A DNA stretch of 64,000 nt, from the IMG/VR virus record IMGVR_UViG_3300042988_000374, positions 1-64,000 of that record; one strand, written 5' to 3'. Positions 1 to 9,770 of this stretch are shown here, in pieces (positions within the stretch are counted from its first letter, which is position 1; every line of letters starts with the position of its first letter). The DNA is from a virus. Lineage: Duplodnaviria > Heunggongvirae > Uroviricota > Caudoviricetes. A model generated the notes under the pieces. That model had not been told where the DNA came from. It did no database searches and saw nothing but the letters and a program-made list of their open reading frames with translations. The translations under genes and the position numbers were made by a program.

Positions 1-188
1 TTGAGTACCTGGATCGTACTATTACACCTTTACAACAGGCAGTGGCAGACAAACTCAAAACACTGGGATATCGCGCCGATATTAAGTTAGACGGTGACAG
101 TTATGTTCCACGCGGGTGGGCAGACGATGACGGCAACGGCCCTACAATTCAAAACTACGGCATTCAAATTAGCTGGTAACCAAAATAG

Positions 189-217
189 TTGACAGCAAAT
201 AAATTACCTGCTACACT
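189..217 (+). promoter_or_regulatory. sigma70-like promoter (TTGACA-N17-TACACT)
   Basis: TTGACA 189-194, 17-nt spacer, TACACT 212-217; 65 nt upstream of the nadM-like start. Confidence 0.5.
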
Positions 218-282
218 ACTAGCATAAATAAACAAACAGTGGAGATAGACTTTACTGTATCAAATTTACATAGGATTTATGT

Positions 283-1302
283 ATGACTAAAAAATACGAC
301 ACACTGGTACTCATTGGACGCTTCCAACCATTACACTCCGCGCACTTGGAGATTATCAAACGCTCGACCGCGCTCTGTAATAAACTAATTGTGATTGCTG
401 GTAGCGCGGCCCAACCACGTACTTACAAGAACCCATTTACATCCGCCGAACGATCACAAATGATTCGCTCAGCAACCTCCGGTCTTGCTATTCAAATCGT
501 CGTTGAATCGAACATCGACACCATCTACAATGATCAGGCATGGGCAGTACGCATTCAAGAACTTGTCGCTCGTAACACCACTGACGGTGAACGAATCGCC
601 ATCATCGGACACAAGAAGGATGAATCCTCTTTTTATCTATCAATGTTCCCACAATGGGGATTCGAGAACGTAGAAGAAATTGAGCCGCTGTCTGCTGTGA
701 ACATTCGAGACTTGTACTTCAAACGCGGCGCAAACATGTCATTTATCCGCGGCGTTGTTCCACAAACTACGTTTAACTTCTTAGAGCAATTTATGCACAC
801 CGCCGAGTGGCACCAGATTGTTGCAGAGCGTGAGTTCGTTGAGACTTACAAAAAGCAATACGCATCATTGCCATATCCACCAATCTTCTCTACTGCCGAT
901 GCCATTGTCATCTGTAGCGGTCACGTCTTGATGATTCGTCGTCGTGCTGAACCAGGTAGAGGCTTGTGGGCCCTGCCAGGTGGCTATGTAAATGCTAACA
1001 CCGATAAGTCAGTAGAGGATGCCGCTATCCGTGAGTTGCGTGAAGAGACCATGATCAAAGTGCCAGCACCTGTCTTGCGTGGCAACATCAAAGACAGTCG
1101 CGTGTTCGATGCGATTGACCGCTCTCCACGTGGACGTATCATCACTCACGCCTTCAAAATCATGTTGCCTGATGGCGAGTTGCCAAAAGTAAAAGGTAGT
1201 GACGATGCTGAAAAAGCTCGTTGGGTACCTATCGCAGAAGTTCGTAGTGAGGAATGCTTTGAAGACCATTTCGATATGATTCAGTGGGCTATCGGAGGTT
1301 GA
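283..1302 (+). CDS. nadM: bifunctional NMN adenylyltransferase / Nudix ADP-ribose pyrophosphatase (NadM-Nudix, phage NatV-like)
   Basis: N-terminal nucleotidyltransferase motif GRFQPLHSAH; C-terminal Nudix box GGYVNANTDKSVEDAAIRELREETMI. Confidence 0.85.
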   Translation: MTKKYDTLVLIGRFQPLHSAHLEIIKRSTALCNKLIVIAGSAAQPRTYKNPFTSAERSQMIRSATSGLAIQIVVESNIDTIYNDQAWAVRIQELVARNTTDGERIAIIGHKKDESSFYLSMFPQWGFENVEEIEPLSAVNIRDLYFKRGANMSFIRGVVPQTTFNFLEQFMHTAEWHQIVAEREFVETYKKQYASLPYPPIFSTADAIVICSGHVLMIRRRAEPGRGLWALPGGYVNANTDKSVEDAAIRELREETMIKVPAPVLRGNIKDSRVFDAIDRSPRGRIITHAFKIMLPDGELPKVKGSDDAEKARWVPIAEVRSEECFEDHFDMIQWAIGG

Positions 1303-1303
1303 T

Positions 1304-1501
1304 ATGGTAACTGTTGTAAGTACTGTTCCTCATCCTAGTGTGGTCAAGGAAGCAATCTGTAAAAACTGTGGCGCAACATTGAGCTACGTACCAGCAGATA
1401 TTCGGGAACGTGTTGAGGGTGATTACACCGGTGGACGAGACGTGCATCATTATATCGAATGTCCGCCTTGTGGTCACTATGTTAATGTAAAGAGATATTA
1501 A
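1304..1501 (+). CDS. small zinc-ribbon protein
   Basis: CKNCG ... CPPCGH; start overlaps upstream stop (TGATATG). Confidence 0.5.
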   Translation: MVTVVSTVPHPSVVKEAICKNCGATLSYVPADIRERVEGDYTGGRDVHHYIECPPCGHYVNVKRY

Positions 1502-1644
1502 TATGACTAACAAATTGTTTTGCATTGCATTGGGTTGCGCAATTGGAAATTTACTGATGCAGTCGCTGTCGCCCACTCCAGATTATACAGTTGCAATGGA
1601 GCGAACATACTTTGGTTGCATCACGTTACTAACATATTGGTTCT

Positions 1645-1953
1645 GTGAGCGATTCATTTGGAGCCATGATGAATGATACTAGATATCAAATCACTCAGTC
1701 TGATTGGCGTGAATGGGAAGAGCAGTGTTTGGTCAGACTGTTGAGTAACAGTGACTTCAGATATGGCGCCAGTTTTGTGAACTGGTTCCATGAAGCTGCT
1801 GACTACATGGCAGAGTATAGTAATCTAGGAACGCCTGCTGGTGTCCATCATCCAAATGATGACGATATCTTATACAATATTCGCAACAATGATGAAGCGC
1901 TATCATTCATCCGTGAACGAATCGAGATTGTTGAGGACCATGTAAATGGATAA
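1645..1953 (+). CDS. hypothetical protein
   Basis: ORF in gene-dense co-directional block. Confidence 0.4.
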   Translation: MSDSFGAMMNDTRYQITQSDWREWEEQCLVRLLSNSDFRYGASFVNWFHEAADYMAEYSNLGTPAGVHHPNDDDILYNIRNNDEALSFIRERIEIVEDHVNG

Positions 1954-2209
1954 AGCCTGCTACAAAGGATGGAGCGAAGAGCTTGGAAATAAGAGTGGTC
2001 AATGTTGTTGCAATTGTCTCCATCAACGACCAATCGTCGGACATCCTGGTAATAAGCGAGAGTTGACAAAACGTCCATTTAGTGCTATCATTGGGTATGG
2101 TTGCACTATGCCAGAGATTGAGCGAATCGTGTTCTTTGATGGTGAACATGGCATGTGTGAGGGATGGACAGATAGAGACAATGTTGTTAAGATGAGATTG
2201 GAGAAATAA
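1946..2209 (+). CDS. hypothetical Cys-rich protein
   Basis: ATGGATAA overlap with upstream gene; CCCNC motif. Confidence 0.4.
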   Translation: MDKACYKGWSEELGNKSGQCCCNCLHQRPIVGHPGNKRELTKRPFSAIIGYGCTMPEIERIVFFDGEHGMCEGWTDRDNVVKMRLEK

Positions 2210-2211
2210 AG

Positions 2212-2679
2212 ATGTTAAAACACAAAAAAGGTAATCTATTGGATTTGGCAGAAGCTGGCGAATTCGATGTAGTAGTACAGGGCTGTAATTGCTTCAATAC
2301 TATGGGCGGCGGGATCGCCCGTGAGATTCGTGAGCGTTATCCCAATGTCGCATACGTTGATATGCAAACAAATAAGGGCGATTACCATAAGTTAGGCAAT
2401 TGGACATGGGACTTAGCTGGACCAAACGAGTATATCTTAATCAATGCTTATACTCAGTACAACATGAGTACTGGTGAAGATGTGTTTGAGTATGTTGCAT
2501 TTGATCTTATCCTACAAAAGTTACTTTATACACACGGCACAAAGCGAATAGGTTTTCCATTCATAGGTATGGGACTTGCCGGTGGTGATAAAATTCGCAT
2601 CATTGGTATGCTTGAATGGTTCGCGGACGCTGTCTCTGAACTAGGTGGTAGCGTTACCCTTGTGGAGTTTGGAGGTTAA
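2212..2679 (+). CDS. macro domain protein (ADP-ribose binding/processing)
   Basis: N-terminal VVVQGCNCFNTMGGGIAREI resembles the macro-domain NAAN..GGGV motif. Confidence 0.7.
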   Translation: MLKHKKGNLLDLAEAGEFDVVVQGCNCFNTMGGGIAREIRERYPNVAYVDMQTNKGDYHKLGNWTWDLAGPNEYILINAYTQYNMSTGEDVFEYVAFDLILQKLLYTHGTKRIGFPFIGMGLAGGDKIRIIGMLEWFADAVSELGGSVTLVEFGG

Positions 2680-2680
2680 T

Positions 2681-3634
2681 ATGTGGACAAATATTAATGT
2701 TTTTGAAGATGAAGCAGAGCATGTTAAAAAATACGTTTTTGAAAAAGATGATATCGCGGTCGAGTCTGTACTATATCGGTACCCAACTTATGGTGAACGC
2801 ACTGTACTTTGTATTAGTACCATGTGTGGTTGCCCTATGGGCTGTCGTTTCTGTGGCACAGGTGATTACTACGTTCGTAATCTCACCGCTGATGAAATTG
2901 TGGGACAAGCTGAGTACATACTTGACACGCAAATAGGCGGATTAAATCCAGAGGATATTGGCAAATTACAAATCATGGTAATGAGTATGGGTGAGCCTGC
3001 TCTCAACAAGGCACTGGAACAGGCATTTGAAATCTTGTATGCCAAATACCCTAATGCTGCACTGTTGATTAGCTCCAGTGGTCCTCGAGTTGATTACAGC
3101 TGGATTCGTGAAATGAGTGTGCGTATTCCAACCGTGGGCTTGCAGTTTAGTATTCATGAAAGCACCGATGATGCGCGTGACGAATTAATTCCCTTCAAGG
3201 CAAAGATGACGTTGAAAGAAATTGCCAGCGAAGGTACCGCGTGGTACTTTGCAACTGGACGCAAACCTTATTTCAACTACTGCGCACATGAAGGTAACAA
3301 TGGCATACTAGATGTGACCCGTCTGTATGCGTTGTTTGATCCACAAATTTGGGAAGCGACCGTCTCTGTGATTTGCGAACGAGACAGTCATGCTGTGGCA
3401 ACAAACAACAAACAACGAGATTTGGCTATTGATTTTGGCAATGAGCTTGTAAAAATTGGTTACAATGTGCGAGTTTTTGATCCAGCAGGTCAAGATACAA
3501 TCGGGGGAGGCTGCGGACAACTTTGGTACGTACAAGATTGGATGAAAGAACATCCTGAACATGTAAAGCCGTCCGTGGGTTGCGGTCTACAAAAGATCCA
3601 TACACCAAAAGAATGGAATCTAGCGAAAGTCTAA
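2681..3634 (+). CDS. radical SAM enzyme, RlmN/Cfr-like RNA methyltransferase family
   Basis: CPMGCRFC (CxxxCxxC) cluster, downstream VMSMGEPALN (RlmN MGMGEPLxN-like); RBS GGAGG before ATG at 2681. Confidence 0.65.
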   Translation: MWTNINVFEDEAEHVKKYVFEKDDIAVESVLYRYPTYGERTVLCISTMCGCPMGCRFCGTGDYYVRNLTADEIVGQAEYILDTQIGGLNPEDIGKLQIMVMSMGEPALNKALEQAFEILYAKYPNAALLISSSGPRVDYSWIREMSVRIPTVGLQFSIHESTDDARDELIPFKAKMTLKEIASEGTAWYFATGRKPYFNYCAHEGNNGILDVTRLYALFDPQIWEATVSVICERDSHAVATNNKQRDLAIDFGNELVKIGYNVRVFDPAGQDTIGGGCGQLWYVQDWMKEHPEHVKPSVGCGLQKIHTPKEWNLAKV

Positions 3635-3635
3635 T

Positions 3636-4301
3636 ATGAAAATCCAATCACGCTACAAAGATTACTATGACTACGTTGCTCACGCTTATGGTGGCGGCGA
3701 CGAGCGTGTTACCTATGTGCGTGAACCACTCAAAGACGAGTTCACTGTCATTACTACCGACAGTAATCCTAATTTACCATCACCGCGTTTAGATGAATTG
3801 ATGACCAGAATAAAGTGGCTAGCTATCAACGGCAGAGTGTATACTATGGTAGCTGTTAAAGATGATTATTCGGTTGGTGATTACCAGTTGTTTACTGAAG
3901 ATAACTTTGGCGCCATCATTGACGATATTGAACCAAAGTATCGTTGGAAGTGGACATCAAGACAATCAGTCAACTGGGAGAAATATTTTGGAGTAGAGAA
4001 TGAGGTGGTGACCGTGATCAGCCGTGTAATTAGACAACCAGTCTTTATGATCGAGAGTGCCAGGTGGGACTGGAAAGAACGACACTATAAAATAGTACTG
4101 GATAAAAACATTCCTAATCTAGCAAAGCAAGGTATCAGCAGCCATATACAACCAGAACAAATGTACCAAGATATAGCGTACTACGTGTCTAACAAAATGG
4201 TTGATAGTCCAGATTTGATGGTGAATGACAACATGACAGATAAGGAAAAGATCGTCCAACATGGATTCGACCTGAAGCAGAGCTTTAGACATCGAAAATA
4301 A
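3636..4301 (+). CDS. hypothetical protein
   Basis: 221-aa ORF, no recognisable motif. Confidence 0.5.
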   Translation: MKIQSRYKDYYDYVAHAYGGGDERVTYVREPLKDEFTVITTDSNPNLPSPRLDELMTRIKWLAINGRVYTMVAVKDDYSVGDYQLFTEDNFGAIIDDIEPKYRWKWTSRQSVNWEKYFGVENEVVTVISRVIRQPVFMIESARWDWKERHYKIVLDKNIPNLAKQGISSHIQPEQMYQDIAYYVSNKMVDSPDLMVNDNMTDKEKIVQHGFDLKQSFRHRK

Positions 4302-4325
4302 TTTACCAAAAGTGGTAAAAAATAG

Positions 4326-4354
4326 TTGACATTGCAATAAGGTAGTGTTACACT
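4326..4354 (+). promoter_or_regulatory. sigma70-like promoter (TTGACA-N17-TACACT)
   Basis: TTGACA 4326-4331, TACACT 4349-4354; upstream of nadV. Confidence 0.5.
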
Positions 4355-4408
4355 AGAGACAAGTCCTAGAGATAGACTCTAGGCATAACAAGCGATAAGG
4401 AGCTTATC

Positions 4409-5887
4409 ATGAAATTAGCAAATATTGAACAATTACTCGCACCTAGTGAGTCCGATAAACAGTACACTCAAGTTGAACAATTAAAGATTAGTTTAATTTG
4501 TCGTATGGATAGTTATAAATTTAGCCACCCATTTGCATATCGCCCAGGTATCAAAGCAATGTCATCTTATGGTTCGGCTAGAATCAAAAGTGATCAGATT
4601 ACTATTCCAATGGGCATGCAAATTCTAGTCAAACGCTACCTGACAGAATCCATCACTATGCGTGATATTGATGCGGCGGAAGCATTCAGTGAAGGTCACT
4701 TTGGACGTAAACTGTTTGCACGTTCAGCTTGGGAAAAAGTCGTAACAGAGTACAATGGTAAATTGCCATTGGTGATTCGTATGGTACCAGAAGGCACAAA
4801 ATTGCCAGGTGGTCTACCAATGTACACTGTCACTTGCTTTGATGCTGACTTGGCATGGATGAGTGCTGGTTTCGAAACAATGATTCAGCGTGGTATCTGG
4901 TATCCTACTACAATTGCCACTAATGATTATCACATCAAGCGTGATATCAAGCGGTACTATGAAATTACTGGCGCAGATATGGGTTTGCTTCCATTCTCGT
5001 ATCACGACTTCGGTGGCCGTGGCGTAACTTGTGGCGAACAAGCAGAGATTGGCGGCGCCGCACACACTGTTAGCTTTATGGGTAGCGATACCGTTGAAGG
5101 TATTCTAGCTGCTAACTTCTATTACAAAGAACCAATGGCAGCGTATTCAGTATATGCCACTGAGCATAGTATCGAGTGTTCTTTCGGGCCAACTGAAGAC
5201 AATGCTATTGAGTATATTCGTACTCAATTGAAACAAGTTAAGGCATTAGGTCTACCAATCGTATCAATTGTACTAGATGGTTATGATGTATATCGAGAAG
5301 CCGAGTTGTGCTGTACTGTGCTAAAGCAAGATATCATTGATTGCGGCGCAAAAGTAGTGTTCAGACCAGACAGTGGTGATATGATGGAAGTGGTGCCTCG
5401 TCTATTACGAATGCAAGAAATGGCATTTGGAGTTACCATGACTAGCAAAAACTACAAGAAGATTAACACTGTTGGTATTATTCAAGGCGACGGCGTCGAC
5501 CACATGGCGATCAATTCGTTATTGGGTAAAGTGACCGCTGTCTTGGGATATAGTGCTGATTGCGTTATCTTCGGCTCAGGTGGTGCATTGCTTCAAAAAG
5601 TCAATCGTGATACATTGAAATTTGCTCAAAAAGCATGTGCTATCTTGACAGATGATGGTTGGGTTGGCATTGCCAAGAATCCAGTTACTGACAGCGGTAA
5701 GAAATCCAAAGAGGGAGTACTAACTACTGTTCGTAGTAAAATGACTGGTGAGTTTATGACTGCTCGACTCGATCAGGCACCTTTGAATAGCGAGTTCGAA
5801 GACATTATGCAACTCGTTTACTACAAGGGCGATCTGTATAACGAAACCACTTTGGTCGAGATTCGCGCCAGAGTAGACGCTGAGTAA
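4409..5887 (+). CDS. nadV: nicotinamide phosphoribosyltransferase (NadV/NAMPT)
   Basis: 492-aa NAMPT-family protein (FGGRGVTCGEQAEIGGAAH region); pairs with the NadM-Nudix gene as in phage NAD salvage modules. Confidence 0.8.
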   Translation: MKLANIEQLLAPSESDKQYTQVEQLKISLICRMDSYKFSHPFAYRPGIKAMSSYGSARIKSDQITIPMGMQILVKRYLTESITMRDIDAAEAFSEGHFGRKLFARSAWEKVVTEYNGKLPLVIRMVPEGTKLPGGLPMYTVTCFDADLAWMSAGFETMIQRGIWYPTTIATNDYHIKRDIKRYYEITGADMGLLPFSYHDFGGRGVTCGEQAEIGGAAHTVSFMGSDTVEGILAANFYYKEPMAAYSVYATEHSIECSFGPTEDNAIEYIRTQLKQVKALGLPIVSIVLDGYDVYREAELCCTVLKQDIIDCGAKVVFRPDSGDMMEVVPRLLRMQEMAFGVTMTSKNYKKINTVGIIQGDGVDHMAINSLLGKVTAVLGYSADCVIFGSGGALLQKVNRDTLKFAQKACAILTDDGWVGIAKNPVTDSGKKSKEGVLTTVRSKMTGEFMTARLDQAPLNSEFEDIMQLVYYKGDLYNETTLVEIRARVDAE

Positions 5888-6886
5888 TCACCAACATTGT
5901 CGATGTAAGTTAAGCAAGTGCTCTAATGATATAGAGCACTTGCTTCCTTTTCCGCAGTTGTCACGTGCTGGAATCATAGCCAAATTGTGTACACTGCCTA
6001 TTACTTCTGGGTCGACCATATTATAGAAGCCAGCGTTTATGCTGAATTGATGATCTAAGTGATATGCATTAGGGTTAATATCAAGTCTGCCACGCAAATC
6101 GATATTCTTGACTAGATGCTCATTCATAGCAGTAAACTTCCAAACTAAATCATGGTATATTCTGAATGGTTCTTTGTCTTCTTGCTTAACCCACGTACCA
6201 TCAGATTCTCGAAGCGACCGCATATACTCTGTCGTCATGATATTTTTTGAGCCATATAGCTCAATCATAGTATCTTCTGCTTTATCTCGAAACGGGCTAC
6301 AAGATTCCCATGGATTAGCAATCCCATACTTAGCTAACATCACGTTTGTGTAATTCTGCTGAACAACATCAGATTGAAACGGGTGTTCGGTTCCATACTT
6401 TTTGGTGCTTGTGCGTCTGACCTTGTCTGTAAAGTCTTTATGAGTTACGTAATACTTGACTCCGTACAGTCTGATCATAGTCGAGTAGGCAGATTCGCAG
6501 TGACTGTCAACTTCGAACCCATTACCACCATATCGCTCTACTTTAGTTGAGCGTATGGAATTAATTCTATCATCGGCAGTGTTAGCACAGTCACGAGAGC
6601 AATATTCAGCAAACAAATGGCGGTTGACACTCGCACGGTTATCATTGTTTATGATGTTATTACAGTTCTGATTCATGCATCTATATGGTTGATGAATTCC
6701 GGCCTTCATTAGTCTATACGATTGTGTTATAGTTAATGTCGGATATACCAGTGACATATATGACATCAATTCAGTATACATCGTCGGAAATTCTCGTTGT
6801 AACACTCCGACTTTCTTTACGGATATGTAATCTTTGGAAGTCACTAAGTGTTGTTTGGTGAGAGCTAAAGCATATTCTGGTGTCAT
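5888..6886 (-). CDS. HNH-type homing endonuclease with repeated N-terminal ~30-aa modules
   Basis: C-terminal HLDH...N...HNL His-Me finger; repeated YG-containing modules (RYGGNGF, LYGVKYY, KYGTEHP, KYGIANP, LYGSKNI); opposite strand inside a co-directional block. Confidence 0.6.
   Translation of the reverse strand: MTPEYALALTKQHLVTSKDYISVKKVGVLQREFPTMYTELMSYMSLVYPTLTITQSYRLMKAGIHQPYRCMNQNCNNIINNDNRASVNRHLFAEYCSRDCANTADDRINSIRSTKVERYGGNGFEVDSHCESAYSTMIRLYGVKYYVTHKDFTDKVRRTSTKKYGTEHPFQSDVVQQNYTNVMLAKYGIANPWESCSPFRDKAEDTMIELYGSKNIMTTEYMRSLRESDGTWVKQEDKEPFRIYHDLVWKFTAMNEHLVKNIDLRGRLDINPNAYHLDHQFSINAGFYNMVDPEVIGSVHNLAMIPARDNCGKGSKCSISLEHLLNLHRQCW
5912..5950 (+). terminator. rho-independent terminator after nadV
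   Basis: 13-bp perfect stem agcaagtgctcta / tagagcacttgct, loop atgata, then tccttttcc; overlaps the 3' end of the minus-strand endonuclease ORF. Confidence 0.5.
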
Positions 6887-6941
6887 ATTATATTTAATGC
6901 TAATGTTAATTTACTATATTAATTTGCCTATCCAAAATCTA

Positions 6942-6971
6942 TTGACTTTATCGTAACTACTATGATACACT
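6942..6971 (+). promoter_or_regulatory. sigma70-like promoter (TTGACT-N18-TACACT)
   Basis: TTGACT 6942-6947, TGa-TACACT 6966-6971. Confidence 0.4.
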
Positions 6972-6978
6972 ATCTACT

Positions 6979-7227
6979 ATGAAAAGTCAACGATTAACGG
7001 AACTACGCCGCCAAATATGGGATGATAGATACATCCTACTTCAACCAGACAGTGTATTACAGGACCAATTGGGCCGCTTTGCGGATCTGATTGTTCAGGA
7101 CTGTGTAGATACACTCACTCGTTCAGAGAAGATGGCAACACGATTGGGTCAGACTGAGAAGGCTGACATCATGAAAGAAGTCACTGACAAATTCAAAGAG
7201 CAATTCTATTCAACCAAAAACACTTGA
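6979..7227 (+). CDS. hypothetical protein
   Basis: 82-aa ORF. Confidence 0.4.
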   Translation: MKSQRLTELRRQIWDDRYILLQPDSVLQDQLGRFADLIVQDCVDTLTRSEKMATRLGQTEKADIMKEVTDKFKEQFYSTKNT

Positions 7228-7252
7228 CTACTATCTAGAGTTGAGTTACAAT
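7224..7252 (+). promoter_or_regulatory. sigma70-like promoter (TTGACT-N17-TACAAT)
   Basis: TTGACT 7224-7229, TACAAT 7247-7252, 30 nt upstream of the AAA ATPase gene. Confidence 0.55.
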
Positions 7253-7281
7253 CAACATACATTAACTAAGCAGTAAAGAAA

Positions 7282-8400
7282 ATGGCATACTATCTTAAAT
7301 CCGGAAAAGCATTCACAGTAACATCAAAAGAGGCTATGGATCTTCACGATTCGCTACCAGCTGGTAACTACGTAATCAAAGAGAACCCAATGACGGGCGC
7401 ACTCTTTTTGGAAATGATTGATGACTTTGAAATCAAAGGCAAGCGTTACGGTGACTTGAACAAGAACACTGATCGTATCTTGAATACCTTCAATTCGCGT
7501 CCTACTACTACCGGTGTGATGCTTGCTGGTGAAAAGGGTTCTGGCAAATCATTACTCGCAAAGAGTATCTCCCTATCAGCTAAAGATATGGGCATTCCTA
7601 CAATCGTTATCAACGCACCATGGTGCGGTGATCGCTTCAATTCATTCATTCAGTCTATCGACCAACCATGCGTCATCTTGTTCGATGAATTCGAGAAGGT
7701 ATACGATAGTGAGAAGCAAGAAGCAATCTTGACTCTACTCGACGGTGTGTTCCCAACTAAGAAGTTGTTCGTATTGACTTGTAACGACAAGTGGCGCATC
7801 GACTCACACATGCGTAACCGCCCTGGTCGCATCTTTTACATGATGGACTTTGTTGGCTTGACTGCTGACTTCATCATCGAGTACTGTAACGACAACTTGA
7901 CTAACAAGACGCACACTGATAAGTTGGTCAGTATCGCTACCTTGTTTTCACAATTCAATTTCGATATGTTGAAGGCAACTGTCGAAGAAATGAATCGCTA
8001 TGGTGAAGCGCCAGAAGAAGCACTACGTCTATTGAACGTGAAGCCTGAGTTCGACAGTGGTAAGACGAAATACGGTGTTGAATTGAGTATCGATGGAGAA
8101 CCAGTAGACCCAAAGATGCTAGAGGTCCGCGAGTGGCACGGCAACCCTCTCCAAGCCCACGTAAGCATCGACTACAAAAAGTTGGACGAGCCAGCTACTG
8201 GTCAGTCGGAAGCTACCTCGGATGATGAAATCTCAATCGATGACTGTGATTGGTCTTGGGAGAACGAGCGCTTCATGCAAACTGACTTGAAGAAGATTGA
8301 TAGTCGCGCAGGTCGTTTTGTCTTCCAGAACAGCGATGGCGCTTCCGTAATCTTGACTCGTCTCAAAGAGAAGTCGTACAACTACATGGACGTGCTCTGA
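7282..8400 (+). CDS. AAA+ ATPase
   Basis: Walker A GEKGSGKS, Walker B VILFDEFE. Confidence 0.7.
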   Translation: MAYYLKSGKAFTVTSKEAMDLHDSLPAGNYVIKENPMTGALFLEMIDDFEIKGKRYGDLNKNTDRILNTFNSRPTTTGVMLAGEKGSGKSLLAKSISLSAKDMGIPTIVINAPWCGDRFNSFIQSIDQPCVILFDEFEKVYDSEKQEAILTLLDGVFPTKKLFVLTCNDKWRIDSHMRNRPGRIFYMMDFVGLTADFIIEYCNDNLTNKTHTDKLVSIATLFSQFNFDMLKATVEEMNRYGEAPEEALRLLNVKPEFDSGKTKYGVELSIDGEPVDPKMLEVREWHGNPLQAHVSIDYKKLDEPATGQSEATSDDEISIDDCDWSWENERFMQTDLKKIDSRAGRFVFQNSDGASVILTRLKEKSYNYMDVL

Positions 8401-8741
8401 TGGCATATATTCTACCTAAGGCCAGCGAAGCATCTGATATGATGTGGGATGCTACCTTAGGTGGTGCTGGGCCATGGATCACCTGTAGTTGTGGCATCGA
8501 ACATTCAGTGCCATGTGATGTTGATGGTGATTACGACCATCGCGACAACTTTGAATATGTCCATCTAGATGGTCAGACCTTTGTTGTTGGTTGCGATGGT
8601 TGCTCAAAGAAGTTGGCAAAGTATGAGAACTTTATTTGGTCTAATAGAGATGCGATTAGACGCTATCTAAAGATTCGCATCGATCAAGAAAAAGCATGGG
8701 CCGACCAAGAGGCTCTACTTAACACGCTGGCAGGAATTTAA
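8400..8741 (+). CDS. hypothetical Cys-rich protein
   Basis: ATG overlaps upstream stop; CSCG..C..CDGC. Confidence 0.5.
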   Translation: MAYILPKASEASDMMWDATLGGAGPWITCSCGIEHSVPCDVDGDYDHRDNFEYVHLDGQTFVVGCDGCSKKLAKYENFIWSNRDAIRRYLKIRIDQEKAWADQEALLNTLAGI

Positions 8742-8742
8742 A

Positions 8743-9174
8743 ATGCAAACAGTTGATTGTTATATCGATACTGAGTTCAATGGCTTTGGCGGGAAATTAA
8801 TCTCTCTAGCTATTGTAACGGAGTATGGTAGTGAGTTCTATGAAGTACTGGAGTGTCCTGCTCCTGTACCTTGGGTAGCGCAACATGTGATGCCTATCCT
8901 AGAGAAGGAACCGGTGTCGTTCGAAGTATTCCAGGCAAAGTTACAGGCATTCTTGTTCCATATGCCACAGATCAGGCTTATCGCCGATTGGCCAGATGAC
9001 ATCAAGTATTTCTGTGAGTCTCTGATTGTAAGCCCTGGTGTAGCAATCAATCATCCGCCTATCTCGTTTGTGCTTGATCGAACGCTAAGCAGTGGTGCGA
9101 GTAAGGTACCACACAATGCGTTACATGATGCGAGGGCTATTGCGGATGCGCACCAGGGGATTGGTCATGAATAA
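8743..9174 (+). CDS. DEDDh 3'-5' exonuclease (DnaQ/RNase T-like)
   Basis: N-terminal DTEF exo I motif, C-terminal HNALHDA exo III motif. Confidence 0.7.
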   Translation: MQTVDCYIDTEFNGFGGKLISLAIVTEYGSEFYEVLECPAPVPWVAQHVMPILEKEPVSFEVFQAKLQAFLFHMPQIRLIADWPDDIKYFCESLIVSPGVAINHPPISFVLDRTLSSGASKVPHNALHDARAIADAHQGIGHE

Positions 9175-9523
9175 GCCCTCACCATTCGAGATTGGATTCA
9201 GACTCTACATGAATGGATTCGGTATCTCTCATTTGGTCGGTGCAGTAGAGCACGACGGACAGTTAGAGGCAGCGCACAGAGGATACGAGGCCGCAAAACA
9301 GGAAGACATTATGAATAAAAAGATTAAACCAGAGTATTTTGAATTCGCATTACAAACAGGCGGTTCACACTATCCAGGTGTTGGTGGTGAATTGCTATCA
9401 ACATTTGGTGATATGATTGCACGTGAGTGTGCTAAGATTGCTCGAAGCAACGAGGACAATACTACTGCTAGGCAGATAGAGAGTAGATTTGGATTAGAGG
9501 AAGAAGATGACACACAACTTTGA
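9167..9523 (+). CDS. hypothetical protein
   Basis: ATGAATAA overlap with upstream gene. Confidence 0.45.
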   Translation: MNKPSPFEIGFRLYMNGFGISHLVGAVEHDGQLEAAHRGYEAAKQEDIMNKKIKPEYFEFALQTGGSHYPGVGGELLSTFGDMIARECAKIARSNEDNTTARQIESRFGLEEEDDTQL

Positions 9524-9770
9524 ATTAACAGTAAGTGCCAGTTTATCTGGTAAATTAACAGAGGACATTGTTCGCTCCGTAGTGGAGGAACAGACTGGCA
9601 AGAAGGTCGCTAGTCTGACACCTAAGATACGTTCTGAGCAACGTGGTATGAGCGTAGGAGCTAGTAGCACACAAGTATTTGATGGTTATGACATCAAATT
9701 TATTCCAGAGCGAGTAGCCAAGAGTAATCAAACAACTAAACCACAATTTAAGGAAGACAAATATGAGTAA
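9507..9770 (+). CDS. hypothetical protein
   Basis: ORF. Confidence 0.4.
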   Translation: MTHNFELTVSASLSGKLTEDIVRSVVEEQTGKKVASLTPKIRSEQRGMSVGASSTQVFDGYDIKFIPERVAKSNQTTKPQFKEDKYE

